This document shows, piece by piece, positions 25,850-39,035 of a stretch of 64,000 bases of DNA (within the stretch, counting starts at the first letter, position 1; every line of letters starts with the position of its first letter). Below the pieces are notes generated by a model. That model saw only the letters and a list, made by a program, of their open reading frames with translations. It had not been told where the DNA came from and ran no database searches. This DNA is from Octopus sinensis (lineage: Eukaryota). The position numbers were made by a program, and so were the translations under genes. The stretch covers positions 45,260,001 through 45,324,000 of the forward strand of contig NC_043004.1 in the NCBI RefSeq assembly GCF_006345805.1. The letters run 5' to 3'.

Positions 25850-26620
25850 TATGATATGAAAATGAAACAGCAGAATTAGATTCCAGATTGGCCAAAACTA
25901 AAAATAGTTATTGGGGCAGAAACAGACACAGATTAACAAAAGATGTAAAGGAATGGAAAGCAGTCACTAAGTAAATAACTTCAGGAAAGCATAACTGACA
26001 GTTAAGGGCCTAACCACAAAATGGCTGCCTAAATGTTAAAACTGTCAAAGATATAAAGATGTTAACCTACTAACTGAAGCCAATGAAGTGACTGATAGGC
26101 AGAGAGAAGACTGAGGGACTTCACAGCCATAAAGCAGAGGTAGACAGAAAGGAATTTGCTTTTAATATACAGCAATAGCTAGAAATCAGTGAGTTAGAAG
26201 CTACACAAGCAATTAAGAAGCAAAAACGTGATATATTACCTGGAACCCATAATAACCTGAATGCAGAACTGTTAAAGAATGGAGGCAGATATCTCACTGA
26301 GATTCTTTGTAAAATTTGTAATGGTGTTTTACGGACTGGAGAATGTATTATGTTCTTGAGTAAATGGACAGAATCAATTGTTGTGTTTACTGCCAAAGAT
26401 GGGAAATGCCAAAAGTACCAAAACAAAAACAAACCATATGATTTGTTTAATTGGCCATCCAAATAAAATTTTGATAGATATGATGCTTTATTTGCTTAAA
26501 TGGAAACCAATAATATAAACTGATTCAGTAAAAATACAGGCTGGATTACAAGAAGGAGTAAGCTATGTCATGCAGATTTGCAATGATAATATTCACAGAG
26601 AAGAAATAATTACTTGGGAA
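25850..26620 (+). pseudogene. RTE-clade LINE reverse transcriptase remnant (linker and N-terminal RT)
   Basis: Reads VKGLTTKWLPK..NLLTEANEVTDR..EISELEATQAIKKQK..PGTHNNLNAELLKNGG..LCKICN..TGE..KWTESIVV..K and IQAGLQEG, with stops. Confidence 0.85.
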
Positions 26621-27309
26621 CACCAGTTAGACATTTATTGTAACTCCCATGTGTGGTGCGGTTGTGGAGAAAAAAAAAAAGTCAAATGATGGTCACTAAT
26701 AAAACAAGATGAACATAGTTGGTCTGACTGAAATAAGGAAGGTACCCAAATAGGTTCAGGAATTTATCAATTAAATAAGTAAAATGCTGGATTGTAGTAG
26801 CTACAGTAGTTTTCAAATAAAATTACACCCAGCATTACCACCATTGCTATCATCAGTGTTTTAACGCTTACTTCTCCATACTTGCATCAGTTTGATAGAA
26901 TTCAGAGGCAGGTGTGTTACAGCTTGATGCTCTTCCTGTTACCAACCCTTGCAAGCAAAATGATATTTTTCCTTGGCTGTAGTACACGGTTTTCATGGAA
27001 GACTGGAAATAAATGATGACGCTTGTATGATGGCAATGCTCACTTACATGTATCAGTCACTCACACTCTCTCTCTCTCACATGCACACACACACACATGT
27101 AAATATGATTGTGTGTGTGTATTTATGACAGGCTTCCACATATCACAACTTCCAAATCCACTCTCAAGGCTTTTATCAACCTAGCCCTATGGTAGAAGAC
27201 GCACACTCAAGGTGCTGTGTAGTGGGACTGAACCTGAAACCTTGTAATTGGGAAGTGAAGTTGCTGCACCTATATATAGCGTTACTGTACCTTGTTTGGG
27301 AAAATAAAA

Positions 27310-27680
27310 TATTACAATTCATTGTGATCGTTGACAGAGCAGCCAACTGGCTTCTGTATCCGTGGCGATAAAAGGGCACCATTCGAGCTTGATCGTTACC
27401 AACGTCGCTTCACTGGCACCTGTGTTGGTGGCATGTGTAAAAAGATTTGAGCAAAGTCATTGCCAGTACTGCCTGTCTGGCCCCCGTGCAGGTGGCACGT
27501 AAGAAGCACCCACTACACTCTCGGAGTGGTTGGCGTTAGGAAGGGCATCCAGCTGTAAAAAGTCTGCCAGATCAAGACCGGTGCCTGGTGCAGCCATCTG
27601 GTTTGCCAGCCCTCAGTGAAAACCGTCCAACCCATGCTAGCGTGGAAAACGGATGTTAAACGATGATGATGATGATGATG
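27310..27680 (+). mobile_element. SINE-like element with (GAT)n tail
   Basis: Same family as 20905-21455. Confidence 0.85.
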
Positions 27681-27689
27681 AACAAAGAA

Positions 27690-28170
27690 GATTCTTTTTT
27701 AAGAGCAATAATAATTGTTATTGCACTGAATGGGTGTGAAATCATTTATATTAGATGCTGTGAAATCATTTATATTAGATGCTGAAAGTGAGAGAAAGAT
27801 CACGACCTTTCGAATGAAATGCTATAGAAAGCTACTTCACATTCGATAAGCAAAATCATCAAACTAACAAGGGTGTTAAGAAGTAAATAGTTTGGAGGAC
27901 TTGTAAATCATGAAATTCTTCTGTCAATTGTCAAAAGATGGAAAATGAAGTGTTTAGGTCATGTAACACAACACTGTGACACTCTGTTTCTAGCAAATAT
28001 ATTGTTGTGAATGTTACCGCGCTTTTTCCTCCACTCCCATACCTCCACGTGAGTAATTGAGCAACATCACTGACTGAACAGGAACAAAGATGGTCGAAAA
28101 TTTGAGGTTGACTGATGACCAGGAAATATGATTGAGAAGGTTACATCTCTTGCTGTGCACCTATAGCCTT
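27690..28170 (+). pseudogene. RTE LINE ORF2 C-terminal remnant, probably the same element as 25850-26620
   Basis: Reads LNGCE..ERKITTFRMKCYRKLLHI..ILLSIVKRWKMKCLGHVTQH. Contains a 24-bp tandem duplication at 27735-27782. Confidence 0.8.
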
Positions 28171-28275
28171 CTTAAGGCTGTGAATTTTTGATCGATTGAT
28201 ACACATATGTATATATCACCAGTTATTTAACTATCAGCCCACCTAGTTTTCCATTCTATATGTAATATGTATGTA

Positions 28276-28322
<47 letters not shown>

Positions 28323-28904
28323 GTATATATATGTATGTGTTTATGTGTATGTATATATGTATATATATATGTGTATGTATATATGTATGTATATGTGTGG
28401 GTATATATGTATAATCAGTATGTATATATATATAGAATATGTATGTATGTATGTATGATGATGATGATATATATATATAAAGTACATATCAACTGTGTAT
28501 ATCTCTATGAGGCAATCAAGCTATCTCTGTCTTTCTATTTCCCCACCAGCCCCACAATCTATCTACATCTATCTATTTATTGCATTTTTACGAATATATT
28601 GGTATTTCAGCTTCATCTCTTCATAATAACAATGCATAGTTTCTTATAGAGGATGAATTAAATATTGGCTCTTTATCCTCTTGTTCACAGAAAGTCAAAA
28701 AAATATTCCAGGTATATTTACTACAGAAGGGTTTTGTTATGCAACCGACATACAATTTCCTTGTATCATTGTCATTTGAAGAAAGTCTATTGCACAATGT
28801 GTTCTCTCATGGAGCTTTACCTTCTTTACTAAGCCTCCAAGTATCCTGAATATTGCATTATATAGTCTTGAATAAATCATAACAGTAAATAATTGATAAT
28901 AACA

Positions 28905-29165
28905 ATAATCATCATCATCATCGTTTAACGTCTGTTTTCCATGCTAGCATGGGTTGAACAGTTTGACCGGGATCTGGGAAGCCAGAAGGCTGCCCCAGCC
29001 TCCAGTCTGATCTGGCAGTGTTTCCACAGCTGGAAGCCCTTCCTAACGCCAACCACTCCGTGAGTGTAGTGGGTGCTTTTTATGTGCCACCGGCACAGAT
29101 GCCAGGCGAGGCTGGCAACGGCCACGATCGGATTGGTGCTTTTTACGTGCCACCAGCATGTAATA
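28905..29165 (-). mobile_element. SINE-like element with (ATG)n tail, inverted relative to 27310-27680
   Basis: Reverse-complement match over about 200 bp. Confidence 0.85.
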
Positions 29166-30289
29166 ATAATAATGAAGATGATGATGATGCTGCTGATAAT
29201 AATAATAATAATAATAAGAAGAAGAAGAAGAATTTCATGTTGAATGCTTTAGCCTATTCAGTTTGGTGTATATCAGTATTTGCTATTATGTTTCTGTGTG
29301 TTTTATCATCATCAGTAATCTACTTTTCCTTATTAGCAAGGGCTGAGCAGTTTTTCTGAGGTACTATGTCATGGCCTGATTCCCTTTTTATCACCGTCCC
29401 CTTTTATCAGCTTTTACAACTTGCAAGGACACAATGCACTTATTCTGAAACAAACACATACATACCATACATATAGGGTACTGTTCACTTGTTCTTAGGA
29501 TCAGCAAAATAGTACTAAATCTAGCATGATATAAATATGATTAGCTACCTTAAGTTTACAGTCTGAATGATTGCTGGAGCTTACATGGTATGCTATAGAA
29601 GCCTGTCGAATTAATGCACTGTTTGAGCATGAAACTCAAAGTAGCTCATGTTTATGCATATATGTATATGCTCAACATCATTGGTAATTTTCATAAATAT
29701 TTTTAAGCACAGACATGGATATGTAATTAAGAAGTTTTTCCCAACTCCATGGTTTTGAGTTTCTTTCTCCCCACTATATGGCGTCTCAAGCAAGTGTCTT
29801 CTATTATAACTCTGGGCTGATCTAAGCCTTGTGATTCACTTATTAGATGGAAACTGAAAGACACCCATTTTTGTGCATGCGTGTGGGTGTATCCCAGTTT
29901 TTTTTCTTGACATTGTACAGTAACTGTAAACTGGCATTACTGTCATACAAATGGTGTTGTTTGTTCCTATCTTCCATGAGAACATATCCAGCCATAGGGA
30001 ATTATCATCTTGTGGGAAAACTAGTGAGAACTGGCAAAAGGAAAGGCATCTGCTCAAATGAATTGTTTGTTCCTTGCAAGTCATAGAAAAGTGAATATTA
30101 AAGTCAAAGAGAAGATGATGATGATGATGATGATGATGATTTAACATGGAGGCATTTGTTCTTCCAATTATCTAAAAAGAGTTATACCTGGATGGGATCC
30201 TTTAAGAAAATATGGATAATAAACCCCCTGTACAAAATTAGCTTCTGTTTTTCTTTTTTTTTTCTTCCTCTTTTTGCTCTTTCATGAAG

Positions 30290-30399
30290 CACGACATAGA
30301 GTGGATGTTTGTAAAATGCCATTCCCTGAAAATGGGGCACTGAGCTTGAAAGAGATGACACCTGCTGGCTTAGTTAAAAGTTACATTCAGATAGGCCAA
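30290..30399 (+). CDS. Candidate coding exon (RHRVDVCKMPFPENGALSLKEMTPAGLVKSYIQIGQ)
   Basis: Long polypyrimidine tract (30243-30283) plus AG, donor CAA|gtaaca. Unique sequence; only one of three frames is open. Confidence 0.3.
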
Positions 30400-32216
30400 G
30401 TAACAACATTGTTCTGATTTCAGTCCAGAGGCTTTATGATGTAGGAGGATGGTTTATCTAAAGAGAATATATATATATATATATATAGGTCAGAGTGCTT
30501 TACCCTGTGTACTGTGCTTCATTTATCACAGTTGTCAGTACAACTACCATATAATCAGGTATCATCTCATGTTGTTGACATCACAAAACTGAAGCTAATT
30601 AGTAAATTTATTTAAACGCCTTTCAGGAATTTATAGACATCTGATATTCTTGCATTTATTATCCTTTTTCTTACCATATTTCTATTGAAATATACTGCTT
30701 TTATTTCAGTTAATTTTGAAAATAATGAAAGATTTGATGAAATAACACTGTTGTTACTAATTTAAATTTCTTAACAAATTATTGTGAAATTTTGAAGCAC
30801 TGTTCAAATCTGATCATTTTAAAGCTGGATGTTTATATTATAAACATCAGTAGTGGATTTAGTTTTCTATCGAAATGGTTATTGTGCTTTATGAGGTGTT
30901 GTCAGCAAAACAGTGGATTTACAGATTCTTTGTAAGTTTTGATTTCTGTGGTAGTTTGTTGTATTGCTATATGTCAGCTGAACAATAATCAAAGGTGATC
31001 TAACCTTAACCATCCTGTTTCTTTTTTTTCTTTCTTTTTATAGCTTAGGATTATAATGTGCCCCATTATTTCATAGGTTAATACAGTGTGATTTTAAAGA
31101 AGATTGTTTAGTATTACTGGTATTTTTTAGCAACAGTGTAGGGGTTCCTTTCATTTTTGTATATCTTTGGACTATAATATCATCAACTTCTTCATTATTT
31201 TAACGTCCATGTTTCTAAGCTTGTATGGATCAGATGGAATCTGTTTTGACAGATTTTCTATTCTTTCTGTTTTCAACTCTCACATGTTTCAACATTAGAT
31301 AAAATTTTTCTCCTTGGTCGGCCATATTTTTGCAGGAAATTGTTAACAAATGACACCACTTGTATGACGGTGACGCTTGTTTACAACTATCATGCAATAT
31401 CAAGACACAAAGACTCAGGCACACACATATGATGGCTTCTTTCATCTTCAGTCTACCAAATCCATTCACAAGGCTTTGTCCAGCCCAGGGCTATAGTAGA
31501 AGGTTCTTGCTCAAGATGTTATGCTTTCAGATTCAATTTGAAACCATATGGCTGTGGTGCAAATTTTTTTTACCCAACAACCATGCCTAGGTTTACTTAT
31601 TTATTTTGTAAGATGGTAGGATTTTATAAGTAGGCATGTGGGAAATAGTCTACTATTTCTTACATTTTCATGCAACAGTGTAGTGGTTTCTGTCATTGGC
31701 ACATTTATATGATCGGTGTTTTTCCCTTTATGGCGTAGTTAAATTGCTCAAATCTGTAGTTTCTACCTCCCTTCACAACGATTTAGATGTATTGAAAATA
31801 GCAAAATTGCATGACAGCTGATAAATTAGGTTATATAGATCTATATATCCCTTTTCTTGTACTATTATAAGAAATGTATGATGTGAATGCACAGCGTTAG
31901 GGAGTTTAGGTGAAAAATGGTCTATAAATATATCTATGTATTTATGTTTAACGTAGAAATTGATAACATGATAAATGACCGCGAAGACAGTCTGTTGGAG
32001 CTGCACATTTGAGTCAAGGTTCAAAAAGATTGAGAGCTTGTGCGTCTCAGAATGACTGCACACACATGCATATGAATGCTTGTCCGCACATATCTGAAGT
32101 TTGCATATGTTCATGTGCATCTCTGTGTGTGTCTTCTCTTCTATCTTCCTTTCCAGTACGTCTTTTTATTTTGACCTTAATCCATAATTTGCTATGATTT
32201 CTTTGTATACACAAAT

Positions 32217-32248
<32 letters not shown>

Positions 32249-32879
32249 TTATATATATATACATATACATATATATGGTATATAATGTATGTTATTTATA
32301 CATGCACAAACACATATATACACTCACACGTGTATGCAGATGTGTATACATTGAAATATACAGATATATATGTCGACTAATACATACACATATATAATCC
32401 CAGAGTAAACTTATTCTTAAATAAGTGCTTAATGTTTTTATTCTTTTTATGTGTGTGTGTGTGTGCTTTTCTTTTCTTTTTTTTTTCTTTCTGTTTTGTC
32501 TTTTTCAATAAACCATCTCTCTTGGAGAGTTTCCCAGAATAAATGGCTTTGTGGTGGAATCGGAATAGAGCAACTTTGATGCATTATCTGACAATTTCCT
32601 TACTATAAATACCATGCCATTCAATATGTGATCAGTGGAAGGACTTCTTGAAATTCTACCAATTTTCTTTTGTCTTTTACTTATTTATTTATTTATTTAT
32701 TGTTTTGTTTTGTTTTGTTTTGCTTGCATTTCACTTCAATTCATTATAGTCTCCTTTTGGTTGAATTTTCATTATAGTTTGTTGTATTGTTTGTCTGCTT
32801 TTTACCATGTTATTTATTTATTTATTTATTGTGTATAGCTTTTATGATTTGAAGCAAATATCATTACTGTCAGCAACCA

Positions 32880-33250
32880 CAGCATCATCATTATCACACT
32901 CATCACCATCAGTGGCATCCACCTCATCTTCCTCATCATCGTCAGTGGCATCATCATCATCATCATCATCAGTAGCAGTATGATAATCACCACCACCACA
33001 ATCTGTATTGGCATCGTTATTGTCATCCTCCTCATCACCATCTGCTGCATCCCCCTCCTCCTCATCCTCATCCTCATCATCATCATCATCAATGGCAGTA
33101 TAATAATCACCACCACCACCACAATTTCTCTATTGACATCGTTGTTATCATCATCATCATCATCACCACCATCATCAACAGAATCAGTACAGCTACTTCT
33201 ATGTACTTTGTTGCTCAATTGTGACAATCATCAGCATCAACATCATGATC
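32880..33250. repeat. Degenerate (CAT)n/(CAC)n low-complexity tract
   Basis: Direct reading. Confidence 0.9.
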
Positions 33251-33778
33251 TATGGCTGATTGCACATACCGTTGATCAGTGTGGCTGTAAAGTGGTGGTG
33301 GTCGTGGTGGAGGGATAAAATGGTAATGTGGATCTGGTCATGGAAGTATTAACAACAACACAAACCACAACCATCCCTGATAATCACTCCAATCCATTGA
33401 TAACCAGTATAACTCAGGAAATCAGTGCTGGGATATCAATATCTAAGCAACTGCTTGTCCAACAGAGGGAGCATTTATTGGGTTGCTTGACTTGCTAGAA
33501 ATAGCAGCATCAGTATCCCCACAAATTGTGTACTTCTCACTTAAAATGAGGAAGGACACATTAGATAACATAATGTATGATACTGCAGCTGCAACAGTTG
33601 ACATGTTCTTAGCTGGAATCTCTTTCATCGTCACCAATGTGCTATTTTTTTGTGACAACAAGGTAATATCTAAAGGGGATTTAGCAGTTGTTTCTAGTAG
33701 GCCGTGCAGCTGGCTAACTAGGGTATAGACATCATTTTTGGCTCTGGCTTGTTGCTGACATATTGTTAAACAGATCCC

Positions 33779-33996
33779 TATTTCTTTACTACCCACAAGG
33801 GGCTAAACACAGAGAGGACAAACAAGGACATACCATCGGATTAAGTCGATTATATTGATCCCAGTTCGTAACTGGTACTTATTTAATCAACACCAAAAGG
33901 ATGAAAATCAGTCGACCTCAGCGAAATTTGAACTCAGAATGTAGCGGCAGACGAAATACCGCTAAGCATTTCGTCCGGCATGCTAACGATTCTGCC
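33779..33996 (-). mobile_element. 5'-clipped tRNA SINE (GGCAGAATCGTTAGC.. family) with 9-bp TSD
   Basis: TSD ACAGATCCC at 33770-33778 and 33997-34005. Close match to 62819-63058. Confidence 0.9.
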
Positions 33997-34659
33997 ACAG
34001 ATCCCAGTTTGTGCTATTTCAAAATATTTAGTTGTTTCAGTGACACCTGAAAAATTGATCTGGTATTTGATGTGCTTTTAATTACTTTGCTGTCAAATGT
34101 TCTTCTTTTTCATGAATGTCATCACCATTGTTGTCATTATTATCATATTAACATCCAATTTACACATGCCGGATGGCTCGGACAAAATCTGGATGATTGC
34201 ATGACTAATGCAAGCTTTAGTCCTGGTTATTTTACATGCTAAAAATTTTTTCTTCACAACCACATGATAACATGTTCAGCCACATTGTGTGGTACCTTGA
34301 GTGTATTCTGTCACTGCCCAGGTTGACTGATCCCTTGTAATGGGATTTGGCAGATGAAAACTATGCAGAAGCCTGTTATGTGTGTGTATGTTTGTGTGTG
34401 TGTGTGTGTCCTCATTGTCATCAATATAATGTCTACTTTTCCATGCTTGTGGGGCCAGATGAAATTTGTTAAGGCAGATTTTCTTTGGATGGATACTCTA
34501 CCTGTCACCAAGCCTCATCTGTTTCTATGCTGGCTATATTTACCATGGCTCATCAGCTTTTTAAATTTTTTTCTATAGAAGACTGGAAAAAACAAATGAT
34601 ACCACTTATATGTGATAGTGATGCTTGTTTACAATCATTATGTAATGTCAATTCAGGGG

Positions 34660-34779
34660 TACAAACACACACACACACAAACATACACACACACACAAAC
34701 ACACACACAAACACACACACACAAACACACACACAAACACACACACACATAAACACACACACAAACACACACACACACA

Positions 34780-34820
<41 letters not shown>
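34660..34820. repeat. (CA)n/(CAAACACACA)n compound repeat
   Basis: Direct reading. Confidence 0.95.
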
Positions 34821-34822
<2 letters not shown>

Positions 34823-35548
34823 CTATATGCATGTGTGTGCAGGAATGTTGACATTCAGTGAAACAATAAATGCTTATATTACTTGTTTGACTTTATGACT
34901 GGTTGTTCTGCAGAATAATTAACATTAACACAATTCCCGGGGAAAATGGTAATTTATCAAATTAAGTAATCCCTAGCTATATTAGATCTAATGGGTAGAT
35001 TAACTACTAGATTGTTCCACGAAATATTGTTTTACTTTTCCTGTAATGAATCTTCTCACAGAATTTACCATTTCTGAGCAGCTCATTATGATATTCAGCC
35101 ACCCAGGTAAAAGTATCTTCACCATAATGTACTGAGGTGACCCATTCACTAACATTATCTTCTACGTTCACCAAGTTGATGAGCAGGTGATTTGATTACC
35201 TATGTAGGTACACTAATTTCTCATTTGGTTTGTGGTGATCCCTTGTAAGTCAGAAATGAAATGGAAAATGTGAGCTTCATACAGCTGTTTTTATAGTAAT
35301 AGCACCATGAAAGAGTTTCTAAAAATATAGAGATAAGCGTTTCTCAATAGCATTTGTATAGTATTTCAGTATTTATTCATACATCAGATCATTTAAGAGA
35401 AAGCAGGCCTACAATACCAGCTGAAAGAGCAGAAACATGACACTCAAAAGTAATGACAATTCAGAGTCTTTTAGTTGTGTGGGTGTATGTATGTGTGTGC
35501 GTGTGTGTGTGTGATTATAGTTTATAATACACTCTCCTACCCTGATGT

Positions 35549-35933
35549 GGGAAGCACTCCGTTGGTTACGACAACGAGGGTTCCGGTTGATCTGAATCAA
35601 CGGAACAGCCTGCTCGTGAAATTAACGTGTAAGTGGCTGAGCACTCCACAGACACGTGTACCCTTAACGTAGTTCTCGGGGATATTCAGCGTGACACAGA
35701 GAGTGACAAGGCCAGCCCTTTGAAATACAGGTACAACAGAAACAGGAAGTAAGAGTGAGAGAAAGTTGTGGTGAAAGAGTACAGCAGGGATCACCACCAT
35801 CCCCTGCCGGAGCCTCGTGGAGCTTTAGGTGTTTTCGCTCAATAAACACTCACAACGCCCAGTCTGGGAATCGAAACCGCGATCCTATGACTGCGAGTCC
35901 GCTGCCCTAACCACTGGGCCATTGCGCCTCCAC
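35549..35933 (-). mobile_element. Young full-length tRNA-derived SINE inserted in an RTE 3' fragment
   Basis: A and B boxes intact. 10-bp TSD ACCCTGATGT at 35539-35548 and 35934-35943. Flanks rejoin to read NTLSYPDV|ISRDT.. Confidence 0.92.
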
Positions 35934-36246
35934 ACCCTGATGTAATCTCCAGGGATACAAGCATCCAGCAACAGGACCTCCGAAATGCTATGATGGACCG
36001 TGAAGTCTGGCGTAACATAGTAAATTCCATTGTCTTTACCACGGTCGAACAATGATGATGACGATAGTTTATGGCTTAAATAGATGAGAGAGGGCAATGT
36101 CCACTAACACTTTTTAGGACCTGAGGGATGAATGAAGGAAATTTTAACCCCAGACTGGAAACCTAATCTGCATGCTTGTATTGGCTTGCACTCTATTAAA
36201 GTTAATCCCAACATCCCAGCCAATGGATAGCACTCAGCTACGTTTT

Positions 36247-36384
36247 AACTCTAACGTGGTGTATCTGATGGTGTACTTCTGCTGGACAACATACATAGGA
36301 TCAACAAGGAGACACCTACACTTTAGGATGGAGGTACAGTTGTATAAAGCCACAATGCTTAGCATCATGTTCCAACAACATTAA
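36247..36384 (+). pseudogene. GIY-YIG endonuclease fragment, probably from a Penelope-like element
   Basis: Reads NSNVVYLMVYFCWTTYIGSTRRHLHFRMEVQ, matching the NVVY-x(7-9)-YIGxTxRxLxxR pattern of PLE GIY-YIG domains. Abuts a MITE on the 3' side. Confidence 0.6.
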
Positions 36385-36393
36385 CACTGTAAC

Positions 36394-36799
36394 GGAGATT
36401 TCTAGCAGTTTTTTCTAGCGGTGTCATATGAAATTGTCACCCATAATTATGACCCTAGTATCAATCTTTTGCATTTCAATCTATTTTAGAGTTAGGGTTA
36501 GGGGTGGGGAGAAGGGTATCATTTTTTCTTCACAAATGTAAATAAACCCAATCTGTTTCTTAAACGAGGGACATATTCATACGGCACAGAATGTTGTTTA
36601 CCTCAATGGACGTCAGTGATTGGTTGAAATTGCAGAAATTCAAGAAAAAAAACAACAAATATCTTACAAACTATAAAATTTTCTCAATAAAGCCAAGAGA
36701 AAAAGATGTTTTATAAACACATTCTACCAGTATATGAAGTTTAAGATTTTTTAGTTACCTAGAAATGATAAAAACTGCCGTTCAAACCAAAAAAGATCC
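36394..36799 (+). mobile_element. ~400-bp MITE family copy 1 (left TIR degenerate), contains TTAGGG motifs
   Basis: Collinear with 42380-42782. Right TIR AAAACTGCCGTTCAAACCAAAAAAGATCC. Confidence 0.85.
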
Positions 36800-37494
36800 G
36801 AAAGAATTATTTAGTGTGCTTCTTTCCTGTTTCTAGAATGGTAGAACATTATTTGACTGAGATTTGCCTGCTGTTTGTAGCTGGGTGAGCAACACTGTAG
36901 AACTTTCTTCCCTTGTGGACTAAAACATTGAAACACACACAAAAAAAAAAGTGTTGGTCTAATGATTGAACCATTCTGGCATGAATAATGGTTTTAAATA
37001 AAAAGCATCAACAAATAAATTTTTTAAAAATGTATACATTTTCAAAGAAAATAAAATTGGAAAAGCAAACGGAGTACTATTCTTGTCATAACAGCAGCAA
37101 CGTCACCAACAGCAGCAGTAGCGTCAACAGCAGCAACTGCAACTATGGCAGCATCTGCAGCAGCAAGAACTACAACAGCAAAAATTACAATACCAAGAAC
37201 AATATCGTAACCAAATAATAATGTGTGCATTAATCAAACAAAGAGAAAGGCAGGGGAAAAAAAAATGCTATTCCACTCCAACCCACCAATATTACTCGCC
37301 CACCCACCCCTTTCTAAAATTAATAAAAAGAAATTTTTTAGAAAAATAATATTTATGCAGAAAAAATAAACAACATTAGTTGAGAGTAGGAGCGAGGAAT
37401 AAACAAACAAACAAACAAACAAAAACAAAGAAAGAAAGGCAAAGAAAAATCCATTCATATAATAAATGTTCAACATGTAAACAACAGCAAAAGA

Positions 37495-37585
37495 AATAGC
37501 CCTTATAATAATAATAGCAATAATAATAGTGTTGATGATGATGATGATGATGATGGCAATAATAATAATAATAATAATAATGATG

Positions 37586-37619
<34 letters not shown>

Positions 37620-37905
37620 TAATAATAATAATGATAATGATGATGATAATAATAATGATAATAATAATAATGATGATAATAATAATGATAATAATAATAA
37701 TAATAATGATAATAATAATAATGATAATAAGAATAGCAGTCATAAGAAGTGATAATATGAATGATAATAATGATACTGATATCGGTGATGAAAGTAACAT
37801 TAGCTGTGACAATAAAGACGCCACTGATGATGATGATGCTGTTGCCGATGATGATAATGATGATGATGATGACAACGACGACAATGATAATGATGATGAA
37901 ATGTA
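37495..37905. repeat. ~400-bp (AAT)n/(GAT)n trinucleotide array
   Basis: Direct reading. Source of the spurious 265-aa poly-Ile ORF. Confidence 0.95.
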
Positions 37906-38158
37906 ATAATATAAATTATATAAACACTTGTTGGTGTTTAAATATTTAAGCTGAGGGATTATTAAGCAATTAAAAACTAATAAAATGAAATGTTGAGTGC
38001 ACATAGTCATGTTTTCATTGTGTGTGTGCATGTGCGTGTGTGCATGCGTGTGTATACATGTGTGTATGTGTGTGCACCATTGTCATATTTCCATAGTGTT
38101 GTGTAGCGACACACGTATTACATGATTATAATGTGTATATGTGTGTGTGTGTATATAT

Positions 38159-38214
<56 letters not shown>

Positions 38215-38699
38215 CATACATACACACACATATATGCTCATACATACACATACTGCCACGAATTCATTCATAAACATTATTCCATATTCCCATTGTTCTC
38301 TTTCTGCTGCCATTGTTTGTTTTTAAAATTAAAATCTCTTTATAATCAATGCCCTTAAACCCTGTTGTGTTCATATATACACTCTCTCCCACTCCCCTCT
38401 CTCTTTCTCTTACCCCACCCTTCGCTTCTCCCGTGCGTATTGTGTATAAATGCATGCGTATGTGTTATCATGCACGCTTTGTGTTTCAATTCTACTTTCC
38501 TTATTACAACGCTTTTCTAAAAGAGCCACTCTGATACATAACCATAAAAGAGGATAAATGCCAAACATACGCAAACACTTTTGGCATGTTACACATACAC
38601 ACATTTTTCAGGGTGAAATTCGCAGCCAATCATATATTCTTGCATAGGGAACTGTGTGTCTGTGCTGGTCATCCAATTATTATAGTACATCAATGGAAA

Positions 38700-39035
38700 T
38701 TGTAGCTGTGATACCAGTGCCGGTGGCACGTTAGAGAACCATCCAAACGTTGCCATTGCCAGTGTCGCCCCGACTGGCCTCCATGCCAGTGGCACGTAAA
38801 AAGCACCATCCGATCATGGCCGTTTGCCAGCCCCGCCTGGCAGATGTGCCGGTGGCACGTAAAAAGCACCCACTACACTCACGGAGTGGTTGACATTAGG
38901 AAGGGCATCGAGCCGTAGAAACATTGCCAGATCAGACTGGGCCTGAGGCAGACTTCTGGCTTCCCAGACCCCAGTTGAACCGTCCAACCCATGCTAGCAA
39001 GGAAAGCGGATACTAAACGATGATGATGATGAAGA
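38700..39035 (+). mobile_element. SINE-like element with (GAT)n tail
   Basis: Same family as 20905-21455. Confidence 0.85.

Noticed and set aside
33443-33796. ORFs on both strands, with a P450-like DMFLAG and a donor AAG|gtaata
   Set aside because: The segment matches a dispersed repeat also seen near 17330-17420 and 46840-46925; the motif similarity is too short.
37090-37215. Gln-rich reading frame
   Set aside because: In-frame stops and no splice sites; it is a degenerate (CAG/CAA)n tract.
37234-38031. Longest ORF (265 aa, poly-Ile)
   Set aside because: It is the translation of the (AAT/GAT)n array, with no complex domain.
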